Shown: positions 53,228 to 64,000 of the stretch, piece by piece
Layout: every line of letters begins with the position of its first letter
Position numbering within the stretch: the first letter of the stretch is position 1
From: Convolutriloba macropyga
Lineage: Eukaryota
Direction of reading: 5' to 3'
Length of the DNA stretch: 64,000 bases
Assembly (NCBI RefSeq): GCF_964194025.1
Contig: NC_134473.1
Coordinates: forward strand, 63,054,001 to 63,118,000
The notes under the pieces: model-generated
The model's database searches: none
Told to the model about the DNA's origin: nothing
The model's input: the letters and a program-made list of their open reading frames with translations, nothing else
Made by a program: the position numbers and the translations under genes

Positions 53228-53650
53228 TTAATTGCTCTCGAACGAAGTTTGAAGCAATTATACTAAACGTGTTGGTCTTTTTAATGCAAATTTTTCGCTT
53301 GACCGATCGGACTTTTCAAGTGACTTTTGCGCCCGTGACTTTTTGTGTTTCGCATGATCTAAAATTCTCTCTCAATCACAATTTCAAGCAGCTGAACTCA
53401 ATTGGTGGCAATTTAATACTAAAAGTCAAATGAAAAGTGCGCCGAAACTGGTGCAATTTTTCACTTAAAATCTTAATAGTGGTATATGTGAACCCCTAAT
53501 GTGGTTATAAGACCACTATTGAACCTCTTAGTCCCATTTAGGCTCCCGTCTTAGTCCCTCCCCACCCCCGACTGAAGCAGGCTGCAATTGAGTTAATTAG
53601 AGCTCCCACTAGTCGTTCGAGATCAATTCTTCCGACGTTTAGTCGGTTAT
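53228..53650 (+). mobile_element. Non-autonomous Helentron-like element
   Basis: subTIR aattgctctcgaacg / cgttcgagatcaatt; 3' hairpin ccgacgtttagtcgg. Partial relatives at about 53830-54045, 60290-60580, 39200-39330 and 39440-39485. Confidence 0.65.
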
Positions 53651-55142
53651 GTTTAAATATGCTAGCCATTGCCTCATAACATTTTGTCAGGCCGAAAAGT
53701 AAACTTAAATGATCAAATAGACGGGAACCATAGTGAACAAAAAAATATCAGATGAGTTGAGAGTTTTCAGTGTGCAGGTTTTGGTGCAAATTCCAGGGGT
53801 TGGCCTGTAACTGTTCTTTATACTATTTTATCATTTTTGCGTGATCTAAATTTCTCTCTTTCATTCGCAATTTTGAGCAGTTGAACTCAAGTGGCGGCAG
53901 TTCACTACTAAAAGAAACGAAAATTTCGCCGAAATTGGTGCCTTTCACTTGAAACTTGGTTATGATGGTACATAATAACCTATAATGACGTCATTTGAAG
54001 CCCCCTTAGCTATTTTTGCTCCCGGACTGAAACTGGCTGCAATATACTTGTTGAATTACATCGGAAAAGCACCAAAAATTATGAAAATGTTAAGTTGCTC
54101 GAAAGCATGTCGAGACGAACAGTCACATTTAAACACGTTCAACAAAGGAAAAGATTTTGTTTGAAGACGTATATTTGAATTTAGTGCTTGTGTTATCAGA
54201 GTGGTTTTTCGGACAGATGTGATTGCTTTCTGTTGTGGTGTTTTATTATTTCTTGGCAGATCATGATTATGTGCTATTTTGGATTAGCAAAAGAAAATAG
54301 AACAATTTTTGCTATTGGGCTTCCTCGGGTTGCTTGCGGAGGTCTTATGCTTTTTTCCACCAATTTTTTAGGAACTTTTGTTCCCATTCTCAAAGCCTCG
54401 GAGAATTGAATTTTTTTCAGTCGACTATGGCGCTGTTCAGCTGAATATCAGTGTGATGTAATTTTGTGCCCTAGATGGTTAATATTTAGATATTTTATGC
54501 TTAAACTTATCATGCGAGGGGTGAATGCCTTCTTTATTTCGACGTTTTAATAAAACTTGATTGCTTAAGAGGTTCCTGAAAGACATTAGTGTTAAAAATT
54601 GGATGTTTTGTGATCTTCACTTTTCAGCGTACTTCACTTTGATGATTTTAATTAATATTGAATTATTTAAATTAATGCAATTGGAAGCACTAGTCCCCTA
54701 TTGCTGCATGTGTACAAGAATATTGCAGCCATCTGCCGTCAATATGTCGACTGTTTTCGCGTTCTTCATACTTTTCAATGCGCATACAAAAATTCTAATT
54801 ATAGATTTTTTCAAATCGCAACAGTCAGACGTTTAATCCTGATCTCCTGGTCTCAGGCTGTTCTTTTGAGTTCTATGGGTTGCAAATTTTAAAAATGATA
54901 ATTGAAGCGAAAAAAAATGTTCGATAGAAAAAAAATAAGTAACTATCCCCGTTCTGTTCTGTTCATCAAATTTTGATGTTCTCAGTAGATTTTATGCTTT
55001 TTTCAGGTTTTGGTTTCAGTACTGTTTTTTAATAGAGTTTTATCTTAAATAAACTAAGAATTAGACTAAAAATATTTTTGCTTAAACCATTTGTGCTATA
55101 AAAAAATGTATTATTGTCTCATCTATTTTTTGTGTTTCACAG

Positions 55143-55509
55143 GCGGGGAGTGAATTTGTGGAGTGGAGTGGGAAGCGAGGAGAGCTTGTCTTCTTTATCT
55201 TCAGCCTCCTCGTCTTCGTCTACCTCCTCAACCCACTCATCTTGTTCATCCCTATCATTCGGCGGTCTCTCCTCCTACACACTCCCTGCTCCGTCCAATA
55301 GTCTTGCTTCTTCATGGATACAAGAGCAACCTGGTGGGACGTTAAAGAGACAAGATGTCCACCAAGGAGGTGGTCGTCAGTGCAATTTAAGAAGCGGCTT
55401 CAACAAGGCAATATCTCCATGTCTGCTGCACTTCAGACCTCAGCTTTCATCATTGGTACCGTCCCACGCTGTACTGAAGCATGATCAGAAACAGTCGCTC
55501 ATTAACATG
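55143..55509 (+). CDS. DEPDC7/DEPDC1-like protein, exon 2 (Ser-rich)
   Basis: TTTCACAG acceptor is phase-compatible with the upstream donor; GTCAGT donor is phase 0. Confidence 0.7.
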
Positions 55510-55652
55510 GTCAGTCTACACTAGTTTGTGGTGCTGTATGGCTTGGTGTATTAAATGATGCATACCAGCCTTAATTAGACCTAAGAGCTCTCCAATTTCT
55601 TATTAATAGCCGCACAGCGATAGCTGGTTCTATTATTGGCCTTCTGTTGGGT

Positions 55653-56444
55653 TTTTCACAATTCAAAGAATTTAATTGTACTGGGGCGCTGTCTTTTTTT
55701 AAGATCTGTTTACACATTTTCATGATCTTTGAAGTCAAATTGGAGTAGTGATTTTGGTCACGCCGAAACAGGAAGTGGAGCGAAAAAGCGAGTGTTTTTG
55801 CGGCGTGAAATTGTTTCGCTCTAATTTTAAAGTACAGTGAGAAAACGGTGTTTGAACAAAAATTCGCTTTCTCGCTAGTGGTTTTTTGTTCAATGCGGCA
55901 ATTTCACTTTGATTCTTAATTTCGATTTTTTGGATTGGATTTTCTAAATGGTTTTCCGAATCCTTTAATAGTCCCTTCTAGGTCTAGTTTTCTGTTTAAT
56001 CAATGAAAATTCTTTGAATTGTACGTCAGGACTTGTCATGCTATGTTTTTTTACAATTCAAAGAATTTGAATTGTATTGGGGCGCTGTCTTTTTTTAAAG
56101 ATCTGTTCACACATTTTCATGATTTTTGAAGTCAAATTGGAGTAGTGATTTTAGTCACGCCGAAACAGGAAGTAAAGCGAAAAAGCGAGTGGTTTTGCGG
56201 CGTGAAATTTGTTCGTTCCAAATTTAAAGTAGAATGAGAAAACGGTGTTTTAACAAAAATTCGCTTTCTCGCTAGTGGTTTTTTGTTCACATGCGGAAAT
56301 TTCGCTTTGATTTTTTCTGTTTTTTTCGAGTTTTTGGATTGGATTTTTTTCTAAATGGTTTTCCCAATCCTTTCATAGTCCTTTCTAGGTCTAGTTTTCT
56401 GTTTAGTCAATGAAAATTCTTTGAATTGTACGTCAGGACTTGTC
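55653..56444. repeat. Two-copy ~395-bp tandem duplication inside an intron
   Basis: Units about 55653-56037 and 56048-56444 both run acaattcaaagaattt...gtacgtcaggacttgtc, with scattered differences. Confidence 0.9.
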
Positions 56445-57228
56445 CTGCTTTGTTTTTTATTTCGTCAAGATTTTTGTTACGACCATATGACGTCAGAACT
56501 ACTTCAAGTCTGCTTTTGTTCATTCGCTCATGCAATTTCAACTGAAGTGCGTGCGTGACGTCATTTTTCACTCTTAGTGGAGCGAGTTTTTTGTTCATTC
56601 GCGTGATTAAGTTTTTGGTCACACTGATTACCTCACGCTCAAAAATGACTTCCTCACTTTGAAATTGATCTTTCGTTACTTTAATTCAAAGAGATAAGGT
56701 CAAGTGAGTGTGTGTCACTCTAATTGAAGGTTTTTTGAGAGCAGCTTATAGAGGCAGCGATACATCATACAGATTCTTAATCAAAATATAACATCTCATC
56801 CTTTAATGAAAAGAGTAAATTTTTTGGTCTGTCTTTACTGTTTTTTTGAGACTGCAGATCTACGCAGCTATTGCGGCTGTTTTCGGGCAATCTGCCAGCT
56901 TGGTTTCGAAAAATGTTCCCTTTTTCCCCCAGTGAACAAAAGTTTTTTGCTTTCATTTTTGTAAAGCTATCAATTATTGAGGGTCATAATCGAACTGATG
57001 AACGGGGGAGGGGTGCGACAGTTCCGAAAAAATGGCAGCCTTGAGCATCGAGACGATATTAAAAATACTAGAATTAATACAATTATCTAATAAAGACAGG
57101 AGTACGTAATTTTTAGAGTGTTAGAACGAGGATTTCGTGATGAAGATTCCAAAAAAAATGTTTGTCTTGTAAAATTTGAGTAAAACTTAAGTTGTTTTGT
57201 AATTAAATGTCCATCTGTTGATTCGCAG

Positions 57229-58155
57229 GTGCTTGTGAATTGCAGAGAGAACAACTTGATTCCAAACAAATTGAGCGAACTATGCTCGGCAGTGGACGTG
57301 TTTGTGGCCTCCGCATTAGACAAAGGGTCCGAAGCGGACTTGAGCAAAGCAATGGAAGCTGTCTTTCTGTTCACGGCACTCCTTCATACAGATTGCAGAC
57401 AACGTCTCTTTGACTTAGTCAACTTTTTCAACTACTTGAAAGAAACAGAACCTGACCTTCTAATTTACACTTTGGGGTTCACAGCCTCACTAGCGCCTCT
57501 TGCCCAACTGAAATGGGATGCCGGGGAATTGGGTTCTGTTGAAAACGGGACACGTGGTAGTGGTGTAGCAGGAGGGTTGAGTACTAGTGCACTATTGCGA
57601 AAATCCTCAACTTCACAGCCGTCTATACTGGACGAGTTTGCGCTTTGTTTCATCTCGTCCGGCGTTAGCGATGGAGGTCGTGTTAGCTGCAGGGCTTTGC
57701 TGCAATTGCTCGTCGATCAGGCATCGCGGATATTCGATGGTTGCTACTGTTGTTGCGGATGCTACTGCTCTTCGCATTACAACGTGCAATCATTGTTGCC
57801 ATCAACATCAGAGGATTCTGCTCTTACGCTGACAAAAGAGCAACAGCAGAAGAGAAAACAACAGAAAAGACGATTGCTGAAAAGAAGTACGTTCTCGAAT
57901 CGCATCTCAATGCAACAGTACCTGGACCAGAAGCAACATAACACGACAGACGAGCTAATGTCTTTGCTACACTTCATTTTGGGTGATAAGAGTACCCTGA
58001 CCACCCGACAGAAGGACAAACTCATCAATGCCATGCAAAGTAAGCACCCGGAGGTCTACGGACTATATTTGTCGAGAAGAAGGTGTCATCACAACTCTAA
58101 CAAGCAAACGGTGCCTGTTTCTGCTTCACAACTCAATTGCGCTGCTGCAGAATAA
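57229..58155 (+). CDS. DEPDC7/DEPDC1-like protein, last exon (RhoGAP-like fold and conserved C-terminus)
   Basis: TTCGCAG acceptor, phase 0. KAMEAVFLFTALL..CRQRLFDLVNFF and RISMQQY..Q..NTTDELMSLLHFILGDK..LTTRQKDKLI....KHPEVY match the DEPDC1/7 C-terminal pattern. Spliced product 624 aa. Confidence 0.8.
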   Translation: MLVNCRENNLIPNKLSELCSAVDVFVASALDKGSEADLSKAMEAVFLFTALLHTDCRQRLFDLVNFFNYLKETEPDLLIYTLGFTASLAPLAQLKWDAGELGSVENGTRGSGVAGGLSTSALLRKSSTSQPSILDEFALCFISSGVSDGGRVSCRALLQLLVDQASRIFDGCYCCCGCYCSSHYNVQSLLPSTSEDSALTLTKEQQQKRKQQKRRLLKRSTFSNRISMQQYLDQKQHNTTDELMSLLHFILGDKSTLTTRQKDKLINAMQSKHPEVYGLYLSRRRCHHNSNKQTVPVSASQLNCAAAE

Positions 58156-58219
58156 CTTGCGATATAGAAGCTTACGTCAATTACCAATACATCAAAATGA
58201 TTTGTACTGTTAAAAAATT

Positions 58220-58225
58220 AATAAA
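58220..58225 (+). promoter_or_regulatory. Polyadenylation signal AATAAA
   Basis: 65 nt after the stop codon, followed by GT/T-rich sequence. Confidence 0.55.
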
Positions 58226-58904
58226 CATGTTGGTTAATTTTGTGTGTACTTAATTGTGCCTCAAGGTCACAAAACTAGATTACTTTGTTGTTGATTGTTG
58301 ATGTTTGATAGCAAACTTGATTTGAGACATTGAACTTTATTGATTTATTTTTTGAAACTGATGTTAAAATGTTTTTTAAGTGGCCTGATTAGTTAGAAAC
58401 TTAATTAATTTAATTTGTGAATTCTCGTTTTGAATATAAATGTCTCTGTATCTCAATACATTTATCATTTAATTCAATATTTTGATTTAATTTTTGAATT
58501 TTACTCACAGTCAAAATATAATTTAATCTCCTAAAGAGACAATGTGGTCTCATTATTTCCGAAATTAGACATTACCAAAATGTATCCACTAAATATACCT
58601 ATTACACACTACTACTAAATATGCCTATTATTATTATGATACAAGCGCAACTAGGGTACCAGTTAAATACGGCAATAAGCGCCTGTGTCCCGCAAACATT
58701 ACCTGCGAATTGCAGCTCTGTGCGATAGCCCCAACAACAACCAAAACGTATCACAAAAATTACCCGATTGGTCGATTGGAAGTAGCATAATGACCGGTGT
58801 CATCGCAATTGCCCTCGATTGGTGTGGTTACGGAGCGGCCTGGTAGAGCACAACCTAGCCGCTAACCATTGATAATCACGCCTCGACATTGCTCTAATCC
58901 AAGA

Positions 58905-59354
58905 TTTTTTGTTAAATGCTCTCAAACGAAGTTTGTAGCAATTATATTAGTCATATCGGTCTTTTTTATGCTATTTTTCGCTTGACCGATTATTCGTCCG
59001 ACCCATTTGACTTTTCGTCCTCAAAAACGCGATAAACAGGTAGCGCCCCACGGTCATTTAGTGCTCTTAGAGACTTTCAGCTCACTAGTCTCCAAGTATG
59101 CGATTCACAGAAACTTTTGTGGAGATTTATACTTATGGTGTGAAGGGCGGTTCGTAGAGGTTGACCCCCCCCCCCCCACACCACCCCTGTCCCCACAACA
59201 GCCCCCTCTCGCTTGCTCCCCCCAATCACCACTCCTGCACATCGTTCAGGCCTCAATTAAGCTAAAGCTAGCCTCACTAAATTGTTGCTAGCTACTGACA
59301 AAGCCAACCGCTCGGCGGTTGCTTGAGAGCTATTCGCCCGACGTTAGTCGGTTA
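58905..59354 (+). mobile_element. Non-autonomous Helentron-like element, closest dispersed relative of the satellite
   Basis: 5' tgctctcaaacgaagtttgtagcaatt, internal tttgacttttcgtcctcaaaaac shared with the satellite, 3' ttgagagc plus ccgacgttagtcgg hairpin. Confidence 0.65.
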
Positions 59355-60010
59355 TTTTCGATTTCATTGTCTCTTTCTTTTAAAACCAGGGCGTTTTTCG
59401 ACCAATCAAATTTGAACTTTCAGCTCTGAATTTTAAAGCTAATTTTGATGATTAAATTGACTGATCACAATTGCTTTTCTGTGGACTGATAACAATTTTT
59501 AAATTTGAGTGATAGGAAAAAAACTTTTAAATTGGCAACGATATGAAAATAAAAAAAAAATCAGGTTTTTTTGAACATAGGCCAGCGTCTAATGTTTTTT
59601 GTTAGTTGCTCTCGAAGAGAAGCAATTATTGTAAACGTGTATGTCTTTTACGACTCGATGATGAGTATTGGGGTTCTACAAGTTTTTTTTGGGATTCTAC
59701 AGCTCAGGTCGTGACTTGAAATTTGACTTTTGTTTTTGAACGTTGACTTCTGTTTTTGAACATTTGATTTTAAAAGTATCTTAGTTTGTGATGTTAGGTA
59801 ATTAATAATGGATGGTAATTTTTAAGATTAAATTGTCATATGGAGATTTTTTGATACCATATAAGTCCCTCCGAACTATCTTAAACTCCTCTCTCCCCCC
59901 AATACCTACCCCCTACCTACTCATTTACTAAAAATTGATTTTTTTTACTATACATTGCTTTATCTGTTTTTTCATATTTCTGAAATAGTTAGGATTAGAT
60001 AAGAGTTTTT

Positions 60011-60174
60011 GGATCTATTCTTCTGTTTTGGCACCCCCACTGTTTTTTACGCCCCCAATTGCAAATTGTGTTAAATAGCACGTTACTATGTAAAAAAGCA
60101 TGTGCGCCTGGGGGGGGGGGGGCTTAAAGATGTAAGCCCACTAAGCTGGTGAGGGGGCAAAACAGAATATGTCC
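60011..60174. mobile_element. MITE, GG..CC termini, 8-bp TSD (same family as 18261-18423)
   Basis: TSD gagttttt on both sides; colinear internal sequence (gcccactaagctgg). Confidence 0.8.
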
Positions 60175-61299
60175 GAGTTTTTATTGCGCAAATCTTCGCG
60201 TCCTTTCCGGTATTCTACCGGCTGTTTTTTTATGCAAAATTTTTTTGACCGCTTTTTTTAAACTTCTAGTGACTTTTACGTTTTTGATTTTTGGCGTTTT
60301 GCGTGATTTTCTCAATCGTAATTTCGAGTAGCTTAACTCAATTGGCGGCAATTTAATACTAAAAGTCAAATGATAAGTGTGCCAAAATTGGTTTCATTTT
60401 TTCACTTTAAATCTTTTTCACTTTAAGTGGTAAATTTTAACCTCTAATGAGGTTATTTGAAGCGCACTAGTGAATTTCTTAGTCCCATTTAGGCTACTCC
60501 CCCTCCCCTTCCTACTAAAGCAGGTTGCAATTGATTAAAGCACCCACTAGTCGATCAAGAGCAATTCGTTAGTCGTTTATTTTAACTGCTCTTTTCTAAC
60601 ATGAAAAACTATTTTGGAAAGGAATTGTTTTCTCTAAGATTAACAAAACGCTCATTTAACGTGATTCAGTTCTGTCGCAGCATTTTAAGATTCGCTGAAG
60701 TCAAACAGTTCTTTTTGTTTAAAAGTTTTAATACTATTTAAGTTTTAAAAAGGCTTTTTTTTCAAGCACCAAAAACATGCATGCATATCACATGTCATAA
60801 CAAAAATCAAATTCTATATGTTCTTATTAAAAATCACTTCAATTTGTTGCCAACTTTTATGCGTATTCGTATTTACGTCTTTTTGCTTGAAGTATCTAAA
60901 GGAAATCACATTTTGACTATTTGTGTAATGTTTACTTCATTGCAAAAAAACTGCGGTTTTTAAATGACAATTTTGTAATTTTTAAAATCCATATGAGGCA
61001 TAGCTTGATTCACAATACTACGAAAGCTAAGAGACGAATTGTTATAGATAATTTACTTGGAGTGTTTTGCACTTGAACGTTAGCAATTGAAAAAAAGACA
61101 TGGCTCTTGATCTCTTTCCAAGCAAAGTTGTCGTTATTTCCATAATGCGTAACAAAAATATGTTTATGTAAATCATTTAAGTTGGCCTGAAAAAGAAACG
61201 ACTATAATTTAAAAAACTTTAATCTCACTAGAACTGGAGAACACTTCTTTTTGTCTCAGCGTTGGATGGAAAAGTTTGTTGGTTGCTGATCATCTATAT

Positions 61300-61740
61300 G
61301 CCGTGCACAGCAATGTATTTTCAAAGATTCGCGGTCTATAATGTACAATGATCAGCTTGAAGTTTGCTAAATTTGAAATGACTTGATTGAGTTGAGATTG
61401 CACAACAGTGTTTAAATTAGCTGCACCTACTACAGATCATACGTTTTCTTACTTTGTTGTTAAAGTCAAAATTTTAAGTGTAAACTTTATGATTTTTCCA
61501 AACGTGCTGCAGTACAGCCGGTACTTAGATGATGGTCTAATAGCAGGCCCCGAAAAACTGTTGGTGCAAACATAGAAAATGTTGAGTGGCTGTGGAGCAG
61601 AGAGTTGTTTCTTCCTGCCAGCAGAGTCTACATCTGTAGGTTTTGTCCTAGCCGTTGGAAAAATAGTGTCAAAAGTAAGTCCTAAAAATTTAAAATAGGA
61701 AATTGTGTTCCGCAAACGTCACAGTTAATTGAAGTCATTC
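61300..61740 (-). mobile_element. Decayed LINE RT 3' fragment
   Basis: FKFLGLTFD matches the RT thumb KxLGxxxD motif. Confidence 0.45.
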
Positions 61741-61759
61741 TATTTGTCAAATAGGACAC

Positions 61760-62540
61760 ACCAGACAATCCAAGAGGAATTTGATATGAAAAACATCAAC
61801 GCCTTAGAGAAGGTCGACCGTCCGCAATAGAAAAAGCCAAACTTATGTCTTCGTCTTTGGAGCTCTAAAAAGCATGGCCTTCACCCGAATCATTGTCTGC
61901 GCTTCCGTTTTCATCTCGGTCCCATTGAATTTGAATTCAGTGCCAAGTAAAGATTAGGTTTTCTTTACAGAAGAGCGGAATTGCCCGTATGGTATAATAA
62001 ATTGAACTGGGCACATTTCTTGAGAGCAAGGAGTTGTCTGCAATGAAAGGAGTGCTGCGACCACCGCGCACAACAAACTACGTGCTAGATTAACATCTGC
62101 TCATCAGCGAATCTGTATCCAACTGACAAATAGAAAAACGCGAGCAGCTTTCCAGCGAGCAGCTCGAGCTCAGGACTTTTTTCTCTACTTGGAAGACGTA
62201 AACCTGCCGCGTTTGACGTGACGTTTACCTCTCTTCGGCGCACACTTTTTGTGCACATACAAGAACAATTTACGCTCTCGATGAAGCAGAGCAGGATTAT
62301 ATGGACTTCAGGAAATCAAATGTACAGGAGTAGGAAAACCTATTGTCAGAATTGCAGTTGAAGAAATTGTGCGCTTTTCCTTACTCGTGAAAACTTGAGG
62401 AGATTGATTGTGCTCGCTGACAACAAGCGCTTCCTACATGAAGGATTGACTGTCGTTTATTAAAATTAGCGCAGTCGATATCTGTTGTTGCAATTCGATA
62501 GACCACACCATTCCTCGTTGCTATGGCGAAATGAGCTTCA
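61760..62540 (+). mobile_element. Heavily decayed CRE-like 3' fragment
   Basis: Broken-frame motifs LSALP..RLG, HNKLR, KPAAFDVT, IAVE, QSISVVAIR in endonuclease-domain order. Confidence 0.5.
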
Positions 62541-64000
62541 ACTTTTTCAAACTTCGGCTCAATAAACCGGACGGGAGTTGTTGTGACTGACTTAGTATCG
62601 TCCGATGAGTGAGGACAATTTCAGTACTAGGTTAAGTTAAGGTTTGGCTAACCAAGAGGGTTAACCAATAGGGCAAATTTTTACGATCTGATTCTGTGAA
62701 GCATGTTTTGTTTCAAAACCATGTGTGTCAGCAGCACAGAAGATTTGAGCTTGAAAGCTGATATCATGAGAAGAATGTGGAAACAAATTTTTAATTGATA
62801 TCATTGCTGCGCATGAATAGTTAATAGAAAAAAAATTGAAAAATTTTATTGAACAACTCAATACACAATTAAAATCACTTTTTACGTTTTCCATAAAGGA
62901 TTGCGCAAAACAGTAACCCGTCGATTTTTCGATTTTATAATTTACACGATCAGCTCTTTATCCTGAAATATTTTCAAGATTCCTAAAAAATAGAGTCGAG
63001 CTCACTCTCCAACAATCCGAAGCAGCCAAGTATGTATATATATTCCAAAATCATAAGAAACACACAAGTTCTTTCTTTGTCATCCACAAGACGTTTTCTC
63101 GCAGTAATTGTATTTCTATTAGATTCTTCCAAAGTTTTCTAGACATTTTTTAATTACACCGCGCGCTAACTTGGCATTTACACTGATGTTTAAAAATTTG
63201 TGAACTCATACACAACAAATTCATGTATCGCGAAAATGTGATTTTTGCCATAATTGCAGCAATTGAATATGTTCTTCTAACAGCAAAAACTGTTCGAAAA
63301 TATTAAAATTTCAAAATTTTATTCAACAGTTTTTGAACAGTTTCCATATAATAAAATCCCCTATTGAATGCACGATTTTAATTAACAATTTAAACAAAAC
63401 AAAGATATGGTCTCTTATTAAGTCTCTCGTTTTCGTCCAAACCATAACGCCTTTTCGTGGATTTTTGCTGCACAAAAAAATGTTTTCCAAAACAGTTTTT
63501 TTATTCATAAATGATAAGAATTAGGTATTTAACAGACTCCACTTTTCAATTTTAAACTTCCAGTTTTGTTTTTTGTTCCCGACGACAAATATGTCGTTTT
63601 TGCTGGTTTATTAGAGCGTTCATTTTAAAAAAAGACTTTTTTAGACGTCTTCATTGCAGATGGAAAAAAGATTTCGAACAGGTTTCCCACTATAAACACT
63701 GCAATGCCCGAAAATAAGAAAGTAAATATTTTGGCAACTTTGAGTAAATAATTGATGTTTATATTCAACAACAAGGTCACAAAAATGATCCCTGTGGTAC
63801 CGCACAAAAATTTTTCATTCATTGGGTTGATGCCAATAATTTGTACTCAAGAATCGAGCTTACAAAATTAATAATTAATTAACTGCAAGAATTTGCACCT
63901 TTTTCCATAAGCGTTGAAGTTTCTTTAGAAGCAGTTTTAAGTTCAAGGTATCAAAAAATTTTTATATATATTTTGATGTCATTACTTTCTTTTGTGTTGA

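Overview
AT-rich eukaryotic (animal, probably invertebrate) genomic DNA, dominated by decayed transposons. Three host genes are supported. (1) The first coding exon of an iPLA2-beta/PLA2G6-like gene (9133-9663, minus). (2) An intronless CDC34/UBE2R ubiquitin-conjugating enzyme (40012-40944, plus). (3) A three-exon DEPDC7/DEPDC1-like RhoGAP-fold gene with no visible DEP domain (51406-58155, plus; splice phases are consistent). Mobile DNA includes a near full-length CRE-clade non-LTR element, a full-length decayed Gypsy element with short LTRs and an apparent self-priming PBS, several CR1/L2-group LINE fragments, GG..CC MITEs with 8-9 bp TSDs, Helentron-like non-autonomous elements and a 9.7-kb higher-order satellite built from their 5' part. 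The most striking observation is a Penelope-like element whose reverse transcriptase carries a complete PHD finger (C4HC3) inserted in frame between RT motif B' and the catalytic YVDD. Remnants of the same insertion occur in a second, older copy about 14 kb away, so it is a family trait. All calls were made by eye from motifs; no database searches were run, and boundaries of decayed elements are approximate.
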